25,435 nt of DNA, from positions 1 through 25,435 of the IMG/VR virus record IMGVR_UViG_3300020043_003733, one strand, 5' to 3'. The translations under genes and the position numbers were made by a program. Shown here piece by piece: positions 15,238 through 22,926 of this stretch. Each line of letters begins with the position of its first letter. Position 1 is the stretch's first letter. A model generated the notes under the pieces. The model was not told the origin of the DNA, ran no database searches, and saw nothing but the letters and a program-made list of their open reading frames with translations. Source of the DNA: a virus (Duplodnaviria; Caudoviricetes).

Positions 15238-16200
15238 TTAGTAGTTAGCACCACTATTAGTGTTGGTCAATGTGCAAGTACTGATTACAGCTGCTGCATT
15301 TGCACTATCATAGTTACCCTTAAATTGTATGGTTTGTCCTACGATATCATCTAGGCTTCGGTCTTGTTCCCATTCTGTAAAGTCTACTCTTGGTAGTTGT
15401 ATATCTAGGCTTGAGTTAGAAGCTCTATCAAACTTGATTTGAATTGCTTTGTAAGTACCAGCCAGCATTAGTTGTCGGTAAGTATCATCAGTCTTGTTTA
15501 GTGTAATTTCACCTTCAACTGTGTATTGGTGGTTTAGAATTGCTTCTGGCTCAACAGTACCCATTACATTATCAAACTCTGTATTAGCCATAATCTTTAG
15601 AGTTAGCTTTTTGAGTGATATAGCACTAGCTGCTGCAAGTCCGGCTGTACTAGCTGCTGTCTTAAATACTAGATGTTGGTGTAAAAACTTATTACCAAGT
15701 GTCGTATAGCTAGGTGTAAGCGTAGACCAATCTCTTGATACTCTTGATTTAAAACTAGCTTTGGCTTTAGCAATACCTTCTGGTTCAACAGTAATTTCAA
15801 GTCCATCTACCATTGCAAATGGGAATATCTTGGTTTGGTCTGGGTCTTGGTAAGCTAGTGAGATAGTCTTGTGAGTATTAGTATTAGCAAGTGCGTAAGC
15901 GTGTGCATAAGTCGGTCCGCCAGTTGTAGTTGGACTTGCACCTAATAGTGATGTCAAGAATACGCCTAGATTCAAATCATTTAGATCAAACTCTAAATCA
16001 CCTTCCCCATATTTATTTACTACATAATTACTATCACTATCTTCAATTCTGCCCAAGCCCTCTTCTTCTCTGGCTGTGGTTACTTTATCGTCAAATGATA
16101 TTGTGTTAAACGGAACATACATAGTTGGCGTTACAATAGTGCCACTTGTAGCTTCTTTGGCTACACCTACATTTCCTAATCTTCCGACAAATTTCGACAT
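15238..16200 (-). CDS. Major tail tube protein
   Basis: VGVAKEATSGT N-terminus, 320 aa, position between terminator protein and chaperone; AGGAGG SD. Confidence 0.85.
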   Translation of the reverse strand: MSKFVGRLGNVGVAKEATSGTIVTPTMYVPFNTISFDDKVTTAREEEGLGRIEDSDSNYVVNKYGEGDLEFDLNDLNLGVFLTSLLGASPTTTGGPTYAHAYALANTNTHKTISLAYQDPDQTKIFPFAMVDGLEITVEPEGIAKAKASFKSRVSRDWSTLTPSYTTLGNKFLHQHLVFKTAASTAGLAAASAISLKKLTLKIMANTEFDNVMGTVEPEAILNHQYTVEGEITLNKTDDTYRQLMLAGTYKAIQIKFDRASNSSLDIQLPRVDFTEWEQDRSLDDIVGQTIQFKGNYDSANAAAVISTCTLTNTNSGANY

Positions 16201-16589
16201 TATTTATTCCTCCTGTGCATTGGTGATGTTTCCCATACCTTGTGCATTATAAAATGTTTTGACTTATTCTCTACCAACTCTAGGTTAGTAATGTTGTTAT
16301 TGCTTCTGTTGTGGTCTTGATGTTGTACTATTTCACCTTTTTCAACATGTCTACCCAGGTGCTTTTCCATGACTACAATATGTTCATATACAAACCCACT
16401 CTTATCGGCTCTTGGGTGTTTTTTATCAAGAACCTTTACATACCCCTCACTCGTAATATATGAGCCAGAGCCTAGCGAACTGCATTTTTGATTACAGTAT
16501 TTTCTACCAGCCTTTATTTCCCAAGGTGCAACATAAAATTGCTTGTTACAAGCCCTACATTCTATGTTCTTACCTTTTAACTTACTCAT
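16200..16589 (-). CDS. HNH homing endonuclease (HNH_3 type, possibly degenerate)
   Basis: CRAC...KYCNQKC, HPRADKSGFVYEHIVVMEKHLGR...VQHQDHNRSNNNITNL. Confidence 0.85.
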   Translation of the reverse strand: MSKLKGKNIECRACNKQFYVAPWEIKAGRKYCNQKCSSLGSGSYITSEGYVKVLDKKHPRADKSGFVYEHIVVMEKHLGRHVEKGEIVQHQDHNRSNNNITNLELVENKSKHFIMHKVWETSPMHRRNK

Positions 16590-16611
16590 CTAATTCTCCT
16601 TTATATTATTA

Positions 16612-16645
16612 CTATTACTTATAATTACGATATTCGTCAAGAAGT
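16612..16645 (-). promoter_or_regulatory. Repeated late-promoter element, copy 3
   Basis: ACTTCTTGACGA; TTGACG-N17-TAATAG, then AAGGAG SD. Confidence 0.7.
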
Positions 16646-17112
16646 TATGTCGCAGTATTATAATCAGTATGTATTCTGATTAACATCTGCACAGCTTTTG
16701 CTTTACCCTTTTGGAAGTCAATCTCACCCCATTGTGCGTCAGACGCTTCAATAAATAATCCAACTGTATCGCCAGAGCCATATGTATTTATGGTATTCAA
16801 GAATCCCCTATCATCTATCACATTGATTATTTCGTCTACTACTGTGGCAAGTACTTCTTCGGCATATTCTTCTCTCGGTGTTCCATCTTTTTCAAAATCT
16901 TCACCCAATGGCCATAGGCAAGTAACGCTATAAGCGTATATACGCCTGTTTTCAGCCGTTGTAGCGAATGTTCCGTCCATATCGCTAGTAGTTACCCAAA
17001 CTGCCGGCCAACCACTTGGATTAAGCTCACGATAGCCATATACAGTTTGCGTACTAGCTAAATTATTAACGCTAGTTATTATTAAGTTCTTTATGTCTGT
17101 TGATATGCTCAT
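16645..17112 (-). CDS. Tail terminator/completion protein
   Basis: Size, position before the tail tube gene, and GWPAVWV motif. Confidence 0.6.
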   Translation of the reverse strand: MSISTDIKNLIITSVNNLASTQTVYGYRELNPSGWPAVWVTTSDMDGTFATTAENRRIYAYSVTCLWPLGEDFEKDGTPREEYAEEVLATVVDEIINVIDDRGFLNTINTYGSGDTVGLFIEASDAQWGEIDFQKGKAKAVQMLIRIHTDYNTAT

Positions 17113-17492
17113 GTTTGCCTTCCTATTTTATCGAATACATTTTGCGTTGCTTTTTGGAAGTAGCCCTGTATCTCATCAGCACTAGATTCTAATCCATCTT
17201 TCAAGAATGGTTGTGGTCGCTGAAATCTAGTACCCTCGTGTACAAATATACCATAGTTAGCTGTTGGGTATACTACTGCTTGCATTCCCATACCACTACC
17301 AGATACAGCAAATACATGGCTTGATCGTAGTCGCCCTGTTAGTACCGGTGTATTTTGCATACTGCGACCTTGCACAGTAATAGCTGATCTATTCAATGCG
17401 TCTTTGAGTTCCCTATTCATAAGATTCGGTGCTTGATTGAATGCTCGGCGTATCTCATCTGCATTCTTAATTTTGATTTGTACTTGTGGCAT
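17109..17492 (-). CDS. HK97 gp10-like neck protein
   Basis: TPVLTGRLRSS...YGIFVHEGTRFQRPQPFL. Confidence 0.85.
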   Translation of the reverse strand: MPQVQIKIKNADEIRRAFNQAPNLMNRELKDALNRSAITVQGRSMQNTPVLTGRLRSSHVFAVSGSGMGMQAVVYPTANYGIFVHEGTRFQRPQPFLKDGLESSADEIQGYFQKATQNVFDKIGRQT

Positions 17493-17827
17493 TAGTCTTG
17501 GCTCACTAGAGTTAATTCTTTACAATCCACAATACCAAAGCCTTCCCATCTCGATACACTCTTAACCGAATAACGCTTGTTATTCAAATCGCTACTATCA
17601 ACTACTACGACTTCATCACTTTCTTTAATATTCAAATCTACATCTACATAGCCAATATATGTTTTGCCAATCGCACTATTCTCAAATTCGGTGCGTTCTA
17701 AACTAGCCGGTGTAATATCTGCCGGCACAACTGTGCCAGTAGCACTTATGGTGTAGCGATTATTGCTGCCAATTCTACGATTCCGATATATCTGTATGTC
17801 GTGGTTAGTAAAAAATAATGTTGCCAT
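17492..17827 (-). CDS. Head closure (stopper) protein
   Basis: 111 aa, beta-rich, IKESDEV...RYSVKSV; canonical position. Confidence 0.7.
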   Translation of the reverse strand: MATLFFTNHDIQIYRNRRIGSNNRYTISATGTVVPADITPASLERTEFENSAIGKTYIGYVDVDLNIKESDEVVVVDSSDLNNKRYSVKSVSRWEGFGIVDCKELTLVSQD

Positions 17828-17828
17828 C

Positions 17829-18446
17829 TTACTTGTCCGGTAAGATTGATATTCTCACATAGCGTTGTAGCATATCATCTATGCCAAGCTGGGTAATTAA
17901 GCTCTCACCCTGTACGCTATCATAATATTCGATTGTTTTCGGTCCTTGCGTCTTTTTCTTTACACTTGCACCAGTACTTGCACTTTCAACTAAAGCACAA
18001 GATAGCATTACACAAGCTTCAGCTAAATCACTTGGTATCGTTGCAAAGCCGGCAACATAAGTAACCTTGTATAAGTTCCAGTAGGGTAATATGCCAAATC
18101 TACAATCTATTACACCGGCAGTTAGATCTACAAAGTAATCTCTGCTTTCAATAGTAGTCCAGTCATTATCATTTTCAGTAGTGTTGCGTTCACTAAAATT
18201 ACTCAAAGATATAACAGGTGCATTGCGTAGTATTAACTGATTAGTACCAGTACCATCATATTCTTCATTGGTATAAGTAGTACTTTTGAAGTGCTGTCCA
18301 TTGTTCTTACCACAGTATGACTCAATCATATCAGTAGCTTGGTTTATTTTTCTTCTAATCAAATTGTCCTGACTAGTGCCAGTTATTCCTAGACTTTCTT
18401 TTACATCTGCTTCAGATGTTAATGCCCAACTATTTAATGCTGTCAT
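17829..18446 (-). CDS. Head-tail connector/adaptor (gp6/gp15-like)
   Basis: LTSEADVKESLGI...ATDMIESYCG...VTYVAGFATIPSDLAEAC. Confidence 0.85.
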   Translation of the reverse strand: MTALNSWALTSEADVKESLGITGTSQDNLIRRKINQATDMIESYCGKNNGQHFKSTTYTNEEYDGTGTNQLILRNAPVISLSNFSERNTTENDNDWTTIESRDYFVDLTAGVIDCRFGILPYWNLYKVTYVAGFATIPSDLAEACVMLSCALVESASTGASVKKKTQGPKTIEYYDSVQGESLITQLGIDDMLQRYVRISILPDK

Positions 18447-18589
18447 TTGACCCTCATATCTGCGTCAGCAAAGTCTTTACTAAAGATTGCCTTGCCACTT
18501 AATACTAATTTCAATGCTTCTTTCTTTGGTAGGTTTACGATCTGACCTTTATGTAATGTTCCGTTATCTTTTGTTATTTTGACTCTCAT
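18443..18589 (-). CDS. Small capsid-adjacent protein (48 aa)
   Basis: GGAGGT SD; MRVKITKDNGTLHKGQIVNLPKKEALKLVLSGKA...; ATGA overlap with the next gene. Confidence 0.7.
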   Translation of the reverse strand: MRVKITKDNGTLHKGQIVNLPKKEALKLVLSGKAIFSKDFADADMRVK

Positions 18590-18604
18590 AATACCTCCAC
18601 CCAA

Positions 18605-18633
18605 GAGCTACTAACCCCCCGATATAGTAGCCC
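18605..18633 (-). terminator. Hairpin after the major capsid gene (partial terminator or mRNA stabiliser)
   Basis: GGGCTACTA-N11-TAGTAGCTC; weak U tract. Confidence 0.5.
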
Positions 18634-18646
18634 AAAGGTTTAGATA

Positions 18647-19960
18647 CTAGATAGTACCTAGTGATGTAACGCTTCGTATTCCGTTTGTAAGTGTCAATTC
18701 TGCGTCTACACGCTTTTCAACACGAACAAAGGTCAAGTTGCGTTCGAAAGCACTTTGACTTGCAACAGTAGCTTCAGATGAAGTATCTACTTGTATGCCT
18801 TCTCGGTCAACAATTACATAGTAACTGAAATCTCCGAAGTAAGCAGTACCAGCAGCAATCCAGTTACATTCGTAAACTGGTCGTCCAAGTATAGTTGGCA
18901 TAGGTGAGCCAGTTACACTACCGAGTAGGTAGTTGTTCTGTGTATCTTTGAGTCCACGCACTTTTTCCATAGTTTGTGAGTTCATTACCCATACAGCTTT
19001 ATTTCTATACCCTTGTGGCAATCTGAAGTAAGTTGAAATCAAAGCGTCAGCTCTGGTTGTGTCGGTGATTCCACCAGACATTGTACCTACACTGTAAGTA
19101 CTCATACCAGTTGGTTCGCCTGTACCACTTCCTTGCCAGAATGCTCTTTCTTCTCTTTCAGATAGAGCTTGTGCAGCCAATTCGCTAACTTTATTAACGA
19201 TATTCCCGTTCACACCAAGAGTAGCGTCAGCTACTAATTCGTTTGAAAGTGGAATAATGGTTGCAAGTGAGTAGGGAGTGAATACATTTTCACCGAATCC
19301 GACAGTTGAAGTACTTTTAACAGCACCTTCTGCACGGAAGCTGGCTTGTGGTCGACTAGCCAAGTTTGGCAAGTGAAGTGTATCACTTGTAGTGGTCATC
19401 ACATCTGCAATGCTACGCATTATAGATACATCTCTAATATCTTCAACTAGCATATTTGCATAGTCATCAGGTACTAGGAATCCACCTCTAGCACCAGTAC
19501 CTTCAACAAGTACTTGTAACTTTTGGTGGTCGCCAGTTAGCCAAGCTTGAACAAAGTTTACAGTCTTTTGAGATACTTCAGTTACTTTTTTACCAGCACT
19601 TTTACGCATTGGTAATTCAACCTTGATATCTTCAAGTTCTGCAACAGTTTTCTTACCTAGTTTACTGTCGATTATGTATTTAGGTGATTTAACACTAATT
19701 TTGGCGTCGTCAGCAATTTCAAGACCCTTACCTAGTTTTGAAGCAAGTTCGTCGATAGATTTTGATAGTCTGCTTTCAGCCTGTTCAATAGCTTTATCAG
19801 CAATCATTTTGGCAGCGTCATCTATATCTTTTTCAACATCTTGGACTTCTTCTTTAACTTCAGATTGTACATCTTCAGCTTCAGATAGAAGTTCATCAAG
19901 TTCTTTTTGCTCAACATCAGTAAGTTCAGTCTTTTCTTGTAGTTCTTTAATTCTTCCCAT
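18647..19960 (-). CDS. Major capsid protein, HK97 fold
   Basis: Acidic coiled-coil delta-like N-terminus; GGFLVPDD, GSGTGEPTG, AVWVMN, TILGRPV, YFGDFS. Confidence 0.95.
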   Translation of the reverse strand: MGRIKELQEKTELTDVEQKELDELLSEAEDVQSEVKEEVQDVEKDIDDAAKMIADKAIEQAESRLSKSIDELASKLGKGLEIADDAKISVKSPKYIIDSKLGKKTVAELEDIKVELPMRKSAGKKVTEVSQKTVNFVQAWLTGDHQKLQVLVEGTGARGGFLVPDDYANMLVEDIRDVSIMRSIADVMTTTSDTLHLPNLASRPQASFRAEGAVKSTSTVGFGENVFTPYSLATIIPLSNELVADATLGVNGNIVNKVSELAAQALSEREERAFWQGSGTGEPTGMSTYSVGTMSGGITDTTRADALISTYFRLPQGYRNKAVWVMNSQTMEKVRGLKDTQNNYLLGSVTGSPMPTILGRPVYECNWIAAGTAYFGDFSYYVIVDREGIQVDTSSEATVASQSAFERNLTFVRVEKRVDAELTLTNGIRSVTSLGTI

Positions 19961-20732
19961 TTGAGTTTAATTCGCCTTTTAACGAGCTAATGATTTTATC
20001 ACTAGCCTGTTTGATTATTTTTGCAGACCGGATTGTATCAGATGGTTGAGTTTTATTTGACAGTATAAGATCTGCTGCTCTCGCAGTAGCCTTTGCCATA
20101 CTCAATCGTTCTGTTACAACACGATTGCTTCGACCCGTGTGCGGATTTAGGTGTTTAAGCCCATTCACCGCAGAATTAACCTGTGCCTTTACAAATTGCA
20201 CATCTTTTTTCAGATTTTCAATCTCATCTATCATTGCAGTTGGAATACCAGCTTTAGTAATAGTATCGTCATCAAATCCGGCATTCTTCAAACTCTTATA
20301 GCCTAACATCATAGCTTCAGGATTAGCCGGAACATTTACTACGCTAATTTCGAGTAATTTTTGTTTGGTAAATCGATTGCCTTCACCATCAACCGGCATA
20401 AAGCCAACTGACAATGTTTTAAGCACGCCATCAGCCACTAATTGCTTTACAGCTCTACCCATCTCGGTTACTTCTTGAAATGCAATTTTAGTCATTAGTT
20501 TAGCTTTGCGACCAGTTCCATCAACCCAAACTTTGGTTGCTTTACCGATAGGTAATTGACTATGGTCGTGACCCCATAAGATTACCGGATTAGCTTTGAA
20601 GTCTTTTAAATCCCAGCCTTCAACTTCTACGATTTCGCCTTGTCTATCTTCTACTGCTGTCGAAGCTATGGCAGTGATCTCGCCATTGTCTGCTTTTTCT
20701 ATTAGTGCTTTGGTGTATAGTGTTTCGTCCAT
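19947..20732 (-). CDS. HK97-family prohead protease
   Basis: AIAST..EDRQGE, NPVILWGHDH, LSVGF, LLEISVVNVPANPEA; GAGGA SD before ATG 20732. Confidence 0.93.
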   Translation of the reverse strand: MDETLYTKALIEKADNGEITAIASTAVEDRQGEIVEVEGWDLKDFKANPVILWGHDHSQLPIGKATKVWVDGTGRKAKLMTKIAFQEVTEMGRAVKQLVADGVLKTLSVGFMPVDGEGNRFTKQKLLEISVVNVPANPEAMMLGYKSLKNAGFDDDTITKAGIPTAMIDEIENLKKDVQFVKAQVNSAVNGLKHLNPHTGRSNRVVTERLSMAKATARAADLILSNKTQPSDTIRSAKIIKQASDKIISSLKGELNSNGKN

Positions 20733-20754
20733 CAAAAATCCTCTTATAGTTTAT

Positions 20755-20790
20755 TCTTATAATATAAATGCTAAAGTCGTCAAGAAGTCT
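20755..20790 (-). promoter_or_regulatory. Repeated late-promoter element, copy 4
   Basis: AGACTTCTTGACGA upstream of protease/MCP; AT-rich -10 region (TATAAG at spacing 16). Confidence 0.65.
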
Positions 20791-20921
20791 TAATCTTCTT
20801 GTAGCTTATCTATCGTGCTCTGCTTGTATTCTTTTTTTAGCTTTTTAAGTTTAGTAAGCTGTTCTGGTGTCATCTTATCTTTTAACGCTTCTAAACATTC
20901 AATTATTGATTGTGTATCCAT
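20790..20921 (-). CDS. Small hypothetical protein (43 aa)
   Basis: MDTQSIIECLEALKDKMTPEQLTKLKKLKKEYKQSTIDKLQED*; fills the gap exactly. Confidence 0.55.
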   Translation of the reverse strand: MDTQSIIECLEALKDKMTPEQLTKLKKLKKEYKQSTIDKLQED

Positions 20922-20923
20922 TT

Positions 20924-21403
20924 TTATCCCATCATGTTTTTATAAATATCTATTGTGCTAAAGAATACGCTCCCAGCCACAGGTGGGTGTGCGACTGCCG
21001 ACCCAAGCAAGAAGTCCGTAAACGAAGCCCCGTATGCGTTGAAGAATAGGAAGCTGTTACCATGACCAGATATGTTATTAAGCGTTGGAACCCACATCTC
21101 ATTACCGCCACCAGAAGTAGACATTGCACCGAAGTTACCAGGTTGTGGAACTTGGTCGCCAAAGTCTGGTATTGTGACTGGCATATCAGCAGCCAGTATA
21201 GTGATAGGGAGCGAACCAATACTCATACTTGTGCCAAAAGTTATCTGTATTCTTAACCTAATTCTTTCACTATCCTCAAGAGCGTCCACTCGACAAGAGC
21301 CGCCAGTGCCGAGATTTACAGCACTACCAAAGAACTCAGTAACAGTGACATCTGTATCAACGGTATATACCATTCTTGGTTTAGCGGTGTGCCAACTACT
21401 CAT
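20924..21403 (-). CDS. Hypothetical beta-rich protein, possibly virion-associated
   Basis: ATGA overlap at 21403 gives MSSWHTAK...; Gly/Ser/Thr/Phe-rich. Confidence 0.65.
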   Translation of the reverse strand: MSSWHTAKPRMVYTVDTDVTVTEFFGSAVNLGTGGSCRVDALEDSERIRLRIQITFGTSMSIGSLPITILAADMPVTIPDFGDQVPQPGNFGAMSTSGGGNEMWVPTLNNISGHGNSFLFFNAYGASFTDFLLGSAVAHPPVAGSVFFSTIDIYKNMMG

Positions 21404-22926
21404 ACACCTATCCAAAATACTTTCTGATTAGCTGATGCCGCTATTGCATATAAAAGGTTAGAGTTGGTCACCGGTAGGGTTATTGACTCGCCAGGCTCTA
21501 ATGGGAAACCGTCCGTAGCTGCTGTGTCGCCGTCAGTAACATCTGAGTTACCTATGTAAACCGTGGCGGTGTTGTCTACTGCTGATTTTACGGTGACCCC
21601 AAACTTAGCCGCAAAAGAAGTGGAAGTTATTTGTTCTGCTGTGGTGTCTATGTCTAGGTTCGAGCCGTGGTCAAGGGTAGATGAGACTGAGCTGGTTACG
21701 TCTACATCACCAATATCTACACCAGAGTTAGCTGCGAGTTTACCTATAGCGTTCGTACCTGCTGGTAAGGCTCCGACTACATCTACCTGCATTTCACTAC
21801 CAGATATAGCGTTATCGATAGTTTCTACTGCTGTCTTTATGGCTGCACTATTAGCTTCTGTCCAAGTACCTGATTGAGTGGCTGCAACTGTACCATCTAC
21901 AGTGATTGAATTACCACCATCTTGAATTGGTACTGCTGCTGCACCTATTCCGTTGTCTACTGTTACATTATGTCCATCTGGTAATTGATTAGCTGCTGTT
22001 GCAAGCCCAATAGTATTGGCTGTTACATCTACATTCTGCGTGCCTGTTGGTGTAGCAGTTACTGTACCTGATACTGGTACTGGAGTGGCTCGAAGCTCGG
22101 TATCAGTCAAAGCGTCTGTTTGCTGATTGGCTGCTGTGGCTGCACCATTTAATGTACCGAGATTTGCTGTTACTGTACCTGATACTGGCTGGGTTACTGC
22201 ACTTCCATCTACTTTGAGAGCATTACCGGCAGTTACTTCTGCTCTAGTATCATCTGTACCATTCTTTAATTCAACAGCACCAATCTCAATATCGCTACTC
22301 ATAGATACCGGAACAGGTGTAGCTCGCAATTCAGCGTCAGTCAGCCCACCGGTAGTTCCGCCACCAGAGCCACCACCGCCAGATCTACTTGCCCAGTCGC
22401 TATCATCAAAGACTAATTGATTACCTTGTCGGATTACTCTACGGAATGGTACAAACTCATCAGCATTTTGGCTTGGTTTAATATTAGCTTCTAAATCTAT
22501 AAGTGCTTGGACTACTTTTATAACATTATCATTTAAGATCTGCACACTCTTATCACTAGCCAACCATTCTGGTATTTCAGTCTTGTGAGTATTTATTATC
22601 GGCTTCGGAATATCTTTTAGATTCGATACGATAATCTCTTTGGCTTGCTTGATATCTTTTAGATTGTTTACATTAAGACCTGACTGCAAGATTTCTTGAA
22701 GCGTTGAGAAGTTCTGTACAAGGTCTTTTTGGCTCTGGGTGTAAGATGTTCCGTTAGCACTCAAAGACGCTTCTAGCGAGCTTATATTGGCTTGTAGACT
22801 ACCTATGGTGTCCAATAGTTCTTTGTGTTGCTTGGTAGATAGCTGACCACTCGCTTTTTTGAGTTCTTTTAACTTTTTAGCACGCTGGATTTTGGCATTG
22901 GTAGTTTTTGCTTGGTACTCATTCAT
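21400..22926 (-). CDS. Repeat-containing 508-aa protein, possible head fibre/decoration
   Basis: Helical N-terminus, GGGGSGGGTTGG linker, repeats LTD[AT]ELRATPVPVS and PVSGTVTA, small C-terminal beta domain. Confidence 0.7.
   Translation of the reverse strand: MNEYQAKTTNAKIQRAKKLKELKKASGQLSTKQHKELLDTIGSLQANISSLEASLSANGTSYTQSQKDLVQNFSTLQEILQSGLNVNNLKDIKQAKEIIVSNLKDIPKPIINTHKTEIPEWLASDKSVQILNDNVIKVVQALIDLEANIKPSQNADEFVPFRRVIRQGNQLVFDDSDWASRSGGGGSGGGTTGGLTDAELRATPVPVSMSSDIEIGAVELKNGTDDTRAEVTAGNALKVDGSAVTQPVSGTVTANLGTLNGAATAANQQTDALTDTELRATPVPVSGTVTATPTGTQNVDVTANTIGLATAANQLPDGHNVTVDNGIGAAAVPIQDGGNSITVDGTVAATQSGTWTEANSAAIKTAVETIDNAISGSEMQVDVVGALPAGTNAIGKLAANSGVDIGDVDVTSSVSSTLDHGSNLDIDTTAEQITSTSFAAKFGVTVKSAVDNTATVYIGNSDVTDGDTAATDGFPLEPGESITLPVTNSNLLYAIAASANQKVFWIGV

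Noticed and set aside
14979-15960. Partial TTCTTGAC matches at about 14979 (+) and 15953 (-)
   Set aside because: Intragenic, lack the ACTTC...GA context, and are probably chance.
7579-16589. HNH genes as group I intron or intein cargo
   Set aside because: Flanking genes are complete and the HNH ORFs abut their neighbours, leaving no room for a ribozyme core; no intein motifs seen.
12986-22420. Plus-strand ORFs opposite TMP, tail tube, capsid and the 508-aa gene
   Set aside because: Antisense shadows of well-supported genes, with no recognisable motifs.
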